Virus record (IMG/VR): IMGVR_UViG_3300016649_000355
Length of the DNA stretch: 64,000 bases
Source of the DNA: a virus
Lineage: Duplodnaviria; Caudoviricetes
Direction: 5' to 3' (one strand)
Shown here: piece after piece, positions 1 to 9,868 of the stretch
Layout: every line of letters starts with the position of its first letter
Numbering within the stretch: position 1 is the first letter of the stretch
The notes under the pieces: generated by a model
Database searches by the model: none
Told to the model about the DNA's origin: nothing
Seen by the model: only the letters and a program-made list of their open reading frames with translations
Program-made: the position numbers and the translations under genes

Positions 1-2
1 CG

Positions 3-1007
3 ACCGGAAGCACGGGACCAACCGGGGCAACAGGATTAACAGGTGCTACTGGACCAATAGCAGGATCAAACACTGAAATAATTTATAATAATGCTGGATC
101 TCCTGCAGGATCAGCAGCATTCACATTTAATAATACAACTAATACACTTTCTGCAACATTATTCACGGGCACTTTAACAACCGCTGCACAACCTAATATA
201 ACAAGTGTTGGTTCACTGACTAATTTAAATGTCACAGGAAATGCAGTCATTGGTGGAAATCTAACAGTCGACGGTAACCTTGTATATGTAAATGTCACGG
301 ATCTTTCTATAGAAGACCCCATCATACAATTGCAGACGGGACCCAATGCTGCCCCTCCAGTAAGCAACTCAGGCAAGGATGTAGGTACTGCACTAAATTA
401 TTACGATACACAAGCAAGAATAGCTTTCATGGGCTGGGATGTCAGTAATGCCGAATTCGGTATGGCATCACAAGCATCGATATCTTCAGAAGTAGTAACA
501 TTCACAACTTACGGCAATCTAAGGGTAGGTAATGTCACTGCAACTACATTTACCGGATCATTGACTGGTGCTGCAACAACAGCAGGTACAGTGACAACAA
601 ATGCACAGCCAAATATAACAAGTGTTGGAACATTAACAAGTCTTACTTCCAGCGGTAATATATCAGGCGCAAATGTCATAGTAACATCATACCACATAAG
701 ATCCGTGGCAACAGGCATTTCTGCTGCCGGAACTGTTCAGGGTAACGCTACTGCACTCACTAAAGAAATAAATGTCGTGTCTACAGTAGCGTCTGGTGCA
801 GGTGTTAAGTTGCCTACAGCAGTTGCTGGAATGATATTAACTATAACAAATACTAGTGCTAACTCATTATTAGTCTATCCTGATGCTAGCGGAATAATCA
901 ATTCATTGTCAGCTAATGCAGCATTTACACAGGCAGCTGGTGCTACATTACAATTTATAGCGCCAACTACTACTCAGTGGTACACAATAGGGGCAACTTA
1001 CTCATAA
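3..1007 (+). CDS. Tail fibre-like virion protein, 5'-truncated by window edge
   Basis: Frame is open from nt 3, upstream of the ORF-track start at 330. Collagen-like G-x-T repeats (TGSTGPTGATGLTGATGP), AQPNITSVG repeats, C-terminal domain paralogous to 4259..7084. Confidence 0.75.
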   Translation, partial: TGSTGPTGATGLTGATGPIAGSNTEIIYNNAGSPAGSAAFTFNNTTNTLSATLFTGTLTTAAQPNITSVGSLTNLNVTGNAVIGGNLTVDGNLVYVNVTDLSIEDPIIQLQTGPNAAPPVSNSGKDVGTALNYYDTQARIAFMGWDVSNAEFGMASQASISSEVVTFTTYGNLRVGNVTATTFTGSLTGAATTAGTVTTNAQPNITSVGTLTSLTSSGNISGANVIVTSYHIRSVATGISAAGTVQGNATALTKEINVVSTVASGAGVKLPTAVAGMILTITNTSANSLLVYPDASGIINSLSANAAFTQAAGATLQFIAPTTTQWYTIGATYS

Positions 1008-1016
1008 GGAAATAAC

Positions 1017-1637
1017 ATGATCACATTAGAATTATTACGGGAGATATGTCCAAAAACTAAAATCGACACACTTGATGACTATGTTGAGCCGTTGAATACC
1101 GTAGCAGAATACTACGAGATGTTTGTTAACCCTAGACGGGTAGCAGGTTTCCTCGCTCAGATCGCACATGAATCAGGTGGCTTTAATTTCGTAGCAGAAA
1201 ATTTAAATTATAGTGCTAAAGGTCTTATGACTGTATTCAAGAAATATTTCCCCACAGAAGAATTAGCTAATCAATATGCTAGAAAGCCTGAAAAGATCGC
1301 TAACCGTGTATATGCCAATAGAATGAAAAATGGTCCAGAATCGTCAGGTGATGGATATAAATTTAGGGGCCGTGGATTAATACAGCTTACAGGTCGTGAC
1401 AACTATACTAAATTCGCGGCTGCCCTCGACCTCGATATCGATAGTACAATCGCTTACCTAGAAACACCAAATGGTGCAGTCGCTAGCGCAGGTTGGTTCT
1501 GGGATAACAACAAACTTAATCAATACTGTGACAAAGATGATTTCGTTACATTGACGAAAAGGATTAATGGCGGAACGATCGGCTTAGCGGATCGCAAACA
1601 CCATTACGAGATAGCACTGAAAGCTTTGAACAAATAA
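1017..1637 (+). CDS. Glycoside hydrolase family 19 (chitinase-like) endolysin/lysin
   Basis: FLAQIAHESGG, ENLNYS, FRGRGLIQLTGRDNY, TKRINGGTIGLADR motifs. Confidence 0.92.
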   Translation: MITLELLREICPKTKIDTLDDYVEPLNTVAEYYEMFVNPRRVAGFLAQIAHESGGFNFVAENLNYSAKGLMTVFKKYFPTEELANQYARKPEKIANRVYANRMKNGPESSGDGYKFRGRGLIQLTGRDNYTKFAAALDLDIDSTIAYLETPNGAVASAGWFWDNNKLNQYCDKDDFVTLTKRINGGTIGLADRKHHYEIALKALNK

Positions 1638-1638
1638 T

Positions 1639-4236
1639 ATGACACAACCTGTATGGAATACCCCATCCGGATCTATAGGAACATACGCAAGTTTAGTTCC
1701 ACTGGAGTATACTTTTAGTGCTAGTCCAGTTTTACCAGCAGTTAGCATTACTTACATCTTACTAAGCGGTACCATACCCAATGGAGTGATTTTTTCAGAA
1801 GATGGAGTACTTTCTGGAATTCCTGAATTAGTTACCTCCGATACTGTTTATTCTTTTGCTGTCAGGGCAACTGATAATTTTAATAATATCAAAGACAGGA
1901 CCTTTTCAATCACGATTTCAGGTAGTGCAGTGCCATCTTTCACAACACCAGAAGGAAGTTTATTAAGTACACAGGATAGCGCATGGATACAGATTCCCAT
2001 CTCATACGATAATCCCGATGTCAATAATCCCATCACGATAAGCTTGAAAGAGGGGCTATTACCACCCGGTCTTGAGGTAAATCCTGCAGGAATAATAAGG
2101 GGCTACCCAGAACCTCCCATCGCTAGTATAACCCTACCAAGTATAACAACTGCTGCCACTGCCACATCAAGTGCTACAAATCAGATAACATGTCTTAGCA
2201 CAACAAATTTTTTGATAGGAAGGCCAATAGTGTTCACCGGTACTACGATAGGTGGAATCACAGCGGGAGTAACTTATTATGTCAGAAGCATAATTAATAG
2301 TACTACTTTTACAATATCATCCACGATTAACGGTACTGTAGCATTGCTCACCGATGATACCGGATTCATGGATGTTACTCTACCTTCTACATCTATAGGT
2401 CAACCTACTATACGCACATATAATTTTACTTTAAAATTAGAAAGTCTATTGGGAGGTGATACAGCAGCATATTCTATAACAGTGATAAATCAAAACACAC
2501 CCACTTCACAGGGAGGCCCAGGATTTCCTCCTAATACACGGAAACCGGTTATATTGAATACTCAGCCACTTTATTTTGATGTAAATAGAGATACTTTATA
2601 TAGTGGTTATTATATAGTTCCAAATCCATTATCCAATCAATTAACTATTCCCCCTGCTTCTCCTGCTGCGATAGGTACCTTTCAAAGCAATAATTACTTT
2701 GCCTTTAAAATCATAGGTAAAGATTTCGATAATAATAAATTAATTTATTTATATTCAGGTCTACCTTTAGGTCTTGTGGGAGATCCAGAAACAGGCTGGA
2801 TCACTGGAACTCCTGTTTTAGCAACAGAAGGTATCAACAGGTATCAATTCGAAGTATTAGTCTACAAAGAAATTAATTCCACAATCGTAAGTCAAAATTT
2901 TAATTTTAGTTTTATAGTATCCAATGATATTAATGGAACAGTGGTATGGATAACCCCCGATGATTTAGGCACTATATTTAACGGGACAGTAAGTACACTA
3001 AGTGTCGAAGCCGAAGCCGATGTATTATTGAATTATAGGCTATTATCAGGAACCTTACCGCCAAATCTTACCATCTTAGAAAATGGAGAAATAACAGGAT
3101 ATGTTGCGAATCAATGTACCGAAGAATTTTTAATTGCCGGCGATAGCACAGAATTTACTTTTAGTGTGCAAGCGTATAGTCCTCTATACCCTATTATTGA
3201 GTCAACAAAAACATTTACAGTCACAGTTTCACAAGAATTTAGTCAACCCACAGATGTATTATATATAAAGGCAACTCCTAGCATCGCAGATAGGGTATAC
3301 ATAGATTCATTATTAAATAATGATACTATTATTCCAACAAATTATCTTTATAGACCCAACGATCAATATTTCGGTAAAGCTAGTAATGTGATTTATGAAC
3401 ATGCTTACGGAATATATGCTAGCGATATCGCCGAATATCTAAGTGCTGTAACAAGAAATCATTACTGGAGAAATATAACACTAGGTGAATTAAAGACCGC
3501 AGTTGCTAAAAATGATGCCGGGGAAATCATATATGAAGTAGTGTATAGCGAGGTAATCGATAATCTTGTGAATCCTGAGGGTGTCAGCGTAAGTAGTTCA
3601 ATTTTTTGGCCTAGATTTATCGATCTTAATCAAGGGCCCTGGTATACTAGTATCACTGATATATATACAAGTTTTGTTTTCGCTTCCACTGACGGACAAG
3701 AACTAGAAGCTGAAAATACATTTTTATTGTTAACCGAAAACAACGAATATCTAGAGACAGAAGCGGGGCAACCTACATTTTATACTAGTTTAACCCCGGG
3801 ATATGCCAGGACATTGTATCCGAACAGCCTATATAACATGAGAAATCGTGTGGGAGAAGTGCTAGGTCAAGAATTTGACAGTAGGCTTTTACCATTGTGG
3901 ATGACATCACAGCAAGCCAATGGAAGCACATTGGGCTATACACAAGCGTGGGTGATATGTTACACGCTGCCGGGATTCGCGGAAACGATAAAAAATAATA
4001 TAAACTCACTATGGGTAGATGAATTAGGTAGACCCAAAAAATTGAATATGATCAATTTTAAAATCGATAGATTCTCAGTCAACAAAAGTATTACTTATAA
4101 CTATGATAACAATGTTTCTCCCCCTGCATGGACTGGATTGCCTAGTGCTACTCCTGTCCCCGATCCATTGGATAGCAAAGATTTTTATGTCTTATTTCCG
4201 CAAGAAACAATTTTGCCCAACGAGAGTCAATACTAA
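1639..4236 (+). CDS. Large virion structural protein with putative Ig-like repeats (baseplate/tail)
   Basis: Repeated GxLPxGL...GxLxGxP Ig-like units; T/S/P-rich; lies among fibre genes. Confidence 0.65.
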   Translation: MTQPVWNTPSGSIGTYASLVPLEYTFSASPVLPAVSITYILLSGTIPNGVIFSEDGVLSGIPELVTSDTVYSFAVRATDNFNNIKDRTFSITISGSAVPSFTTPEGSLLSTQDSAWIQIPISYDNPDVNNPITISLKEGLLPPGLEVNPAGIIRGYPEPPIASITLPSITTAATATSSATNQITCLSTTNFLIGRPIVFTGTTIGGITAGVTYYVRSIINSTTFTISSTINGTVALLTDDTGFMDVTLPSTSIGQPTIRTYNFTLKLESLLGGDTAAYSITVINQNTPTSQGGPGFPPNTRKPVILNTQPLYFDVNRDTLYSGYYIVPNPLSNQLTIPPASPAAIGTFQSNNYFAFKIIGKDFDNNKLIYLYSGLPLGLVGDPETGWITGTPVLATEGINRYQFEVLVYKEINSTIVSQNFNFSFIVSNDINGTVVWITPDDLGTIFNGTVSTLSVEAEADVLLNYRLLSGTLPPNLTILENGEITGYVANQCTEEFLIAGDSTEFTFSVQAYSPLYPIIESTKTFTVTVSQEFSQPTDVLYIKATPSIADRVYIDSLLNNDTIIPTNYLYRPNDQYFGKASNVIYEHAYGIYASDIAEYLSAVTRNHYWRNITLGELKTAVAKNDAGEIIYEVVYSEVIDNLVNPEGVSVSSSIFWPRFIDLNQGPWYTSITDIYTSFVFASTDGQELEAENTFLLLTENNEYLETEAGQPTFYTSLTPGYARTLYPNSLYNMRNRVGEVLGQEFDSRLLPLWMTSQQANGSTLGYTQAWVICYTLPGFAETIKNNINSLWVDELGRPKKLNMINFKIDRFSVNKSITYNYDNNVSPPAWTGLPSATPVPDPLDSKDFYVLFPQETILPNESQY

Positions 4237-4258
4237 ATACAGCATAGGATAATAAAAG

Positions 4259-7084
4259 ATGAGCACCATAAACACTAACGGTATTGATGTCAATTACCCT
4301 GTTCCGGGGGTGAATAATAACTCTCAGGGTTTTAGAGACAATTTTGCTGCGATCAAAACCAATTTAAATACTGCTGCAACTGAGATCACGGACCTGCAAA
4401 ACAAAGTAGTTGTAAAAACCGCTTTGGCTAACACTGTAGTCAACAATGACATGGCAAATACATTGATCAGTAATGCCAGCACAAGAAGCTTTAGAGCAAC
4501 TACATACAATCTAGGAAACAGTTTATCGGGTTCAGTAGTGGTTGATACATCGTTAGGTGATGTACAATACGGGACAGTATCAGGTAATGTAACTTTTCAG
4601 TTCGGTGGCTGGGCCCCAACTGGAACACAAAGTAATTTTCAATTACATCTAGCAGTGAGCAATGCCAACGCTGTTATAACATTTCCTAGCGAAGTTGTTT
4701 TTGCAAACAATAATTTTGGTATCACTACACTTGAAAATTATGCTAATGTTGCTAATTCACCAACTGTGACAATACCCTACGGAGTAACACAGCTAGATTA
4801 TAGATTGAGTTCATTGGATTGCGGAAATACAGTAATAATCGAGCCAATCAATAGACCAAGACAAAGCACACAATTGCAGGTTAGAAGCCCATTGCCAACT
4901 GGATATCAGGGCGATGTTGCAGGAGAATTCTGTGTAGATCCTGCTGTAGAACAATTAGTCATATCCAATGTTACTACATCTACAAATGTATTAACTACTA
5001 CTGGTAATACCTCACAATTATATACTGATAGACCAATTGTGTTTACCGGTGTTTCATTAGAAGCAAACATCGTGATAGGAACCACATATTATGTGAGAAA
5101 TGTCGTTTCTTCTAACACATTCACGGTATCTTCAACAATTGGTGGCGGTAATATAGCTGTTGCTGCTAACGCATCAGGCACAACAATGTTGGCTAATCCT
5201 GTATCTTACATGTATGTGTGTACAGATTCATATAATGCCAATGCGGTAGGTCCTAAATATACTGCAAATACTTTTGCATCAAACAATACTATCATTTTAA
5301 CCAATACAAGTGGTTTATCAAATAATTCACCTATCGTTTTTTCAGGTAATATAGGTGGCTTGATTGCTAATACAACCTACTACATTAAAAATGTTTCAAG
5401 TAACACCGAAATAACAGTAAGCCAATCTAGGACTAATGGTATAGCAGGAACGGTAGTGACATTGACCGATCAAACAGCTAATGTGGCATGTTTGAGTTAT
5501 AACGGTTTAGATATCTGGAAACAAATACCTTTGTTACCGGATATTGATATTACTAGTAACATAGGTGCAGCATATTTAAATGTAACTAACGATCTATATG
5601 TAGGTGGTAACACCCTAATTCAAGGTAATCTTATAGTCAATGGAAATTATACATATGAGAACATTTCATCATTATCCATCGAAGATCCTATAATAGGTTT
5701 GGGCCGCGGCGCAAATAATTCTTCTTTAATTTCAGATGATAATAAAGATAGAGGTACTCAATTATGGTATTACTCTGGTTCCGAAAAATCAGCTTTTATT
5801 GGTTGGGACGATTCCCAACAAAAATTGATAGCTGCAACCGATGTGTCAATTGCAAATGAAATTGTTACTATAAATTCATATGGTAATTTTTTAATAGGAG
5901 GATTAGAATCTAATACTATATTAAGTAATACTGTAGTTGTAACAGGCAACTCTAATATTGCTAACTTAAATGCAAATGGTGTAATTATCACAAATGGTAA
6001 TATAACTACTACTGCAAATATTATAGGAAATATTTTAGCAAATAATTTGGATATTGCGGGAGTTGCGACAGTAGCTACGGTCAATGATATTAAAATTGGT
6101 GGTGGCCTAAATGGTTATTATTTGGTGACTGACGGTACCGGAAACTTATCGTGGGTATCTGGAGGTGGATCTGGAAATGGGGTAGTCGGTGGTGCAAATA
6201 CGCAGGTTCAATTTAATGATGGCACCGGCAATTTTGCCGGTGCTGCAGGTTTTACATTTGATAGTAGTTCAAATGTACTATCGACCCCCGGAAATATTTC
6301 CTCTACTGGAAATATCACCGCTCCATACTTTATAGGTAATGGATCACAATTAACAGGATTGACTTTTTCTAATATTGCCAATGGCAATAGTAATGTAAGT
6401 ATACCTTCGTCGAATGGAAATGTCAATTTTTCAGCAGAGGGCAATTCAAACATTTTAGTGGTGACAGGTACCGGACTGGTGGTATCAGGCACCGTAAATA
6501 TAAGCGGGAATGCCAATATCGGTAACATAGGCACATCAGGATTAATACTCGCAACTGGTAATATCAGTGCTGGTAATTTAAATACCGTGGGTGCTTTAAA
6601 TGTTACCGGAAATGCAAATGCGGGAAATATAGGTGCGACTAGTGGAATATTTACAACCGTAACCGGTGCATTAACAACTGCGTCACAACCAAATATTACA
6701 AGTGTCGGAACACTAACTTCATTAAGTGTATCCGGAAACACTACATCTAATAATTTAATTTCTAATAATTATATTATAGTAAGTGCGGCAAACTCAATTA
6801 CTGCTTCAGGAACTGTTCAGGGAGATGCTACATTACTTTCAAGTAGTATAAATGTGGTTACTACAGTACCTGCAGGTTCTGGAGTAAAATTGCCTGTAGC
6901 GATTGCCGGTATGAGAATTATTGTTAGAAATAGTACATCCACTCCTCTAAATGTATATCCAAATACAGGAGCGGCAATTGAACCAGCATTGGCAAACGCC
7001 CCTTATACACTAAATGCAACTACTTCAATGGAATTTTTCTGTTCCACTGGAGGCGCTTCAGGTCAGTGGTATACACTATTTTAA
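4259..7084 (+). CDS. Tail fibre/virion structural protein
   Basis: N/G/T/S-rich beta repeats, two PIVF(T/S)G..YY(V/I) modules, C-terminal domain shared with 3..1007. Confidence 0.7.
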   Translation: MSTINTNGIDVNYPVPGVNNNSQGFRDNFAAIKTNLNTAATEITDLQNKVVVKTALANTVVNNDMANTLISNASTRSFRATTYNLGNSLSGSVVVDTSLGDVQYGTVSGNVTFQFGGWAPTGTQSNFQLHLAVSNANAVITFPSEVVFANNNFGITTLENYANVANSPTVTIPYGVTQLDYRLSSLDCGNTVIIEPINRPRQSTQLQVRSPLPTGYQGDVAGEFCVDPAVEQLVISNVTTSTNVLTTTGNTSQLYTDRPIVFTGVSLEANIVIGTTYYVRNVVSSNTFTVSSTIGGGNIAVAANASGTTMLANPVSYMYVCTDSYNANAVGPKYTANTFASNNTIILTNTSGLSNNSPIVFSGNIGGLIANTTYYIKNVSSNTEITVSQSRTNGIAGTVVTLTDQTANVACLSYNGLDIWKQIPLLPDIDITSNIGAAYLNVTNDLYVGGNTLIQGNLIVNGNYTYENISSLSIEDPIIGLGRGANNSSLISDDNKDRGTQLWYYSGSEKSAFIGWDDSQQKLIAATDVSIANEIVTINSYGNFLIGGLESNTILSNTVVVTGNSNIANLNANGVIITNGNITTTANIIGNILANNLDIAGVATVATVNDIKIGGGLNGYYLVTDGTGNLSWVSGGGSGNGVVGGANTQVQFNDGTGNFAGAAGFTFDSSSNVLSTPGNISSTGNITAPYFIGNGSQLTGLTFSNIANGNSNVSIPSSNGNVNFSAEGNSNILVVTGTGLVVSGTVNISGNANIGNIGTSGLILATGNISAGNLNTVGALNVTGNANAGNIGATSGIFTTVTGALTTASQPNITSVGTLTSLSVSGNTTSNNLISNNYIIVSAANSITASGTVQGDATLLSSSINVVTTVPAGSGVKLPVAIAGMRIIVRNSTSTPLNVYPNTGAAIEPALANAPYTLNATTSMEFFCSTGGASGQWYTLF

Positions 7085-7087
7085 ATT

Positions 7088-7327
7088 ATGGAACATCCAT
7101 TCATACAAGATATATCAGGTAAGAATTTAGAAGAATTGCAAAACACACTATCTGATTTAAATAGTAAGTTATCATTTGCATATAGGATGCAAAATCAACC
7201 TTTAGTACATCAATTACAAATGGTGATAGAGAGTTATAAAAATCAGTATAATAAAAAAATGGATGAATTGATAAAAAAACAGAATATTCAATCTGCGATC
7301 AATATCAAAAAAGATGGTGAAAAATGA
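7088..7327 (+). CDS. Hypothetical coiled-coil protein
   Basis: 79-aa ORF tiling the operon. Confidence 0.6.
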   Translation: MEHPFIQDISGKNLEELQNTLSDLNSKLSFAYRMQNQPLVHQLQMVIESYKNQYNKKMDELIKKQNIQSAINIKKDGEK

Positions 7328-7914
7328 GTACCCGTATAGAAAAACAATTTATGTTTCAAGCAGCGATATATTATGAAAATAAATTCATGATGAATATCTA
7401 TGATTTTTCTATATCTATGTTAGTACAAACCGATTCTATCCGCGAGCAAAACATAGCAATGGAAAGAATAAAGTATTTCATAAATGAATGTCTTGAAAAT
7501 TCAATCTTTATTAATCAAAATCAGTCTGAAATAATAGAAAAATATAAAAATTGCGGTCTAAAGATTGCGATACTTCCCGAAGATCCGTACGATCAGGTAG
7601 TAGGTTTACTATTGATGATAAAATTAAATGCTATCACAGAAGGCCGTTTAATGATAACCGATATTGTATTTGGTTCTAAACATGGGGACGAAGTTAGTTT
7701 TTGTTTAGTTTTAGAGCAGGCTGAAGCTGCTTTTCCTGAACCAGGATGGTGGACAGAAGCTCAAAATTGCGTAACCAAAAATATAAAAATCAATAAAAAT
7801 GAAAAGGTAGTCAAATTATTTGATCATCTGTCATGGGATTCCCTTGGTCTCACATGGAAAGAAAAAAAGAAAAAATCTTCTGAAAAAGTTTTAACTTTGG
7901 ATACCGAAAAGTAA
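7324..7914 (+). CDS. Hypothetical phage protein (possibly degenerate T-fold)
   Basis: ATGA overlap with upstream gene; 196 aa. Confidence 0.6.
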   Translation: MSTRIEKQFMFQAAIYYENKFMMNIYDFSISMLVQTDSIREQNIAMERIKYFINECLENSIFINQNQSEIIEKYKNCGLKIAILPEDPYDQVVGLLLMIKLNAITEGRLMITDIVFGSKHGDEVSFCLVLEQAEAAFPEPGWWTEAQNCVTKNIKINKNEKVVKLFDHLSWDSLGLTWKEKKKKSSEKVLTLDTEK

Positions 7915-7922
7915 ATTTTATC

Positions 7923-7950
7923 TTGACAAATAGTATAAGATATGTATACT
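7923..7950 (+). promoter_or_regulatory. Sigma70-like early promoter
   Basis: TTGACA-N16-TATACT; ATG at 7957 follows with no SD. Confidence 0.55.
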
Positions 7951-7956
7951 GTTATC

Positions 7957-8463
7957 ATGAAAAATGATATATATGGGCAACAAATTTATTCTGAGGACGA
8001 AATTGTTGAGATTTTTTTGTCAAAACTTGACCATAAGTCAAGATATATCTTAACCAAAGATGAAATTTTTTTTGATGATTTTTTAAATCTTCAAAACTTG
8101 CCGGTTATAAAAAAATATCAGGAACCGGCACTATCAAGGGATGACTTTGATAAAGAATGTCAAAAGAAATGGTTCATTCCCGATCATTATAAAAACTTTG
8201 ATATCGCAAAATTTATATTGGATCAATGTGAAAACGAGGCAGAACTACAAAGGGCAGGTCAAGAATTGATTTTATTCCAAGAAAAGGGCATGTTTGATCT
8301 ATTGATCTATTTGAAATATCTCATAGACACTTTTAGGCAAAACAAAATTGTGTGGGGGGTAGGTAGGGGTAGCAGCGTAGCAAGTTTTGTATTGTTTTTG
8401 ATAGGGGTTCACAGAATAAATAGTCTACATTATGATCTGGATGTTTCAGAATTTCTAAAATGA
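7957..8463 (+). CDS. DNA polymerase III alpha (DnaE)-like fragment
   Basis: WGVGRGSSVASFVLFLIGVHRINSLHYDLD resembles DnaE GRGS..GS....LGI..IDP..YDL; ends before the catalytic PDxD region. Confidence 0.7.
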   Translation: MKNDIYGQQIYSEDEIVEIFLSKLDHKSRYILTKDEIFFDDFLNLQNLPVIKKYQEPALSRDDFDKECQKKWFIPDHYKNFDIAKFILDQCENEAELQRAGQELILFQEKGMFDLLIYLKYLIDTFRQNKIVWGVGRGSSVASFVLFLIGVHRINSLHYDLDVSEFLK

Positions 8464-8472
8464 GGAAAAATT

Positions 8473-8814
8473 ATGGCAAAATATAGAACAGCAATGGGAA
8501 AAACAATTGATATGGCTGCGTTGCAGGCTAAGAATGAAAAAACCAGGGCGGTTGGCAACATGAAAGTAAACGCGAGGGGAGACACAATCGATAGTCAGGG
8601 GAGAGTTGTAAAGCCCGTGACTTCGAAAGCGACATCGCAATATTCAAATACAGTCGGCAATAAATCAAGTCATGTTACTAACAAGCAAGTAGCCAGATCA
8701 AAGCAGGTTCAACCTAAAAAAGAAGAACTCACAGAGATTGAGCAGGAATTAGAATCAAGTCTTGAAGAAGAATTAGAGATCGAAAAAATTAAAGCGCAGG
8801 AGATGAAAAAATAA
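8473..8814 (+). CDS. Hypothetical phage protein
   Basis: SD (GAGGA) and ATG; 113 aa. Confidence 0.65.
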   Translation: MAKYRTAMGKTIDMAALQAKNEKTRAVGNMKVNARGDTIDSQGRVVKPVTSKATSQYSNTVGNKSSHVTNKQVARSKQVQPKKEELTEIEQELESSLEEELEIEKIKAQEMKK

Positions 8815-9176
8815 TGGATAAGAAATTAGCGTTTCAGCCACATAAAATCAAACGATTGAAGCCATTGCGTGACAGCATCATCATCAGTGATATGCAATTT
8901 GATGAGAGATTGAGCAATGGTGGCATCGTATTATTGAATGATGACATGAAAAGTTCTGGTATCAGACCAAGATGGGGAAAAGTATATGCCGTAGGTCCTG
9001 AACAGAAAGAAATCAAAGTTGGACAATATATCTTGATCGATCACGGAAGATGGACCCGTGGAGTAAAAATTGATGATGGCGAAGGCGAGAAAACCATTCG
9101 CAAGGTAGATAACAATGATATCTTGCTTGTGAGTGATGAACCAGTCAATGATTACACTATGAGTGACAAAGTTTAA
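8814..9176 (+). CDS. groES: Co-chaperonin GroES (Cpn10)
   Basis: LKPLRDSIII...GGIVL...GKVYAVGP...IKVGQYIL...NDILLV. Confidence 0.85.
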   Translation: MDKKLAFQPHKIKRLKPLRDSIIISDMQFDERLSNGGIVLLNDDMKSSGIRPRWGKVYAVGPEQKEIKVGQYILIDHGRWTRGVKIDDGEGEKTIRKVDNNDILLVSDEPVNDYTMSDKV

Positions 9177-9190
9177 TAAAGGAGAAAACT

Positions 9191-9868
9191 ATGTTCGTAA
9201 CAGATGCATATAAAACAGCGAGTGAGATAAATGTCGCCATGGCAAGGGTATATCAGAACATGGCATTGGCTGTACTTAATAGCATGGTTGTTAGTTATCT
9301 GGTATCAGCAAGTCCGGGATTGATGGCATTTTTCTTTACCGGCATCATGAAGTGGATCGTCATATTTGCTCCATTGGCAGCTATCTTTGCAGTATCATTC
9401 ATGCTCAATGATAAGACGACAAAAGGGACAGCACTGGCCCTATTGCATGGATTCGCGGCATTGATGGGACTAAGTTTCGCAACTATTTTTGTAGCATTTC
9501 AAATGGGTAGCATCGTCAGTGCATTCATGGGAGCAGCCATTCTATTCGGCACTATGAGTTTTTATGGGTATTTCACAAAGAAAGACTTGACAAGCATGGG
9601 TCAATTCATGTTTGTGGGCTTGATCGCTATCATCATTGCTAGCATTGTCAATATCTTTGTGGGCAGTACCGTTTTTCAGATGGTAATCAGTGCATTGGCT
9701 ATCGTGATCTTTTTAGGATTAACTGCGTATGATACTCAGAAAATCCGTGAAATTGTCAGTTACGGGCAATCTAACCATGTGGAAGAGATCCGGGGAGCAT
9801 TGACATTATACCTAGATTTCATTAATATATTTCTATCTTTACTGCAACTCTTTGGCGATAGGAAATAA
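9191..9868 (+). CDS. yccA: Bax inhibitor-1/YccA family membrane protein
   Basis: About 7 TM segments; YDTQKI and ALTLYLDFINIFLSLLQL signature. Confidence 0.9.
   Translation: MFVTDAYKTASEINVAMARVYQNMALAVLNSMVVSYLVSASPGLMAFFFTGIMKWIVIFAPLAAIFAVSFMLNDKTTKGTALALLHGFAALMGLSFATIFVAFQMGSIVSAFMGAAILFGTMSFYGYFTKKDLTSMGQFMFVGLIAIIIASIVNIFVGSTVFQMVISALAIVIFLGLTAYDTQKIREIVSYGQSNHVEEIRGALTLYLDFINIFLSLLQLFGDRK

Noticed and set aside
3-60. Collagen-like repeat as eukaryotic contamination
   Set aside because: G-x-T repeats are common in phage fibres and are in frame with the fibre gene
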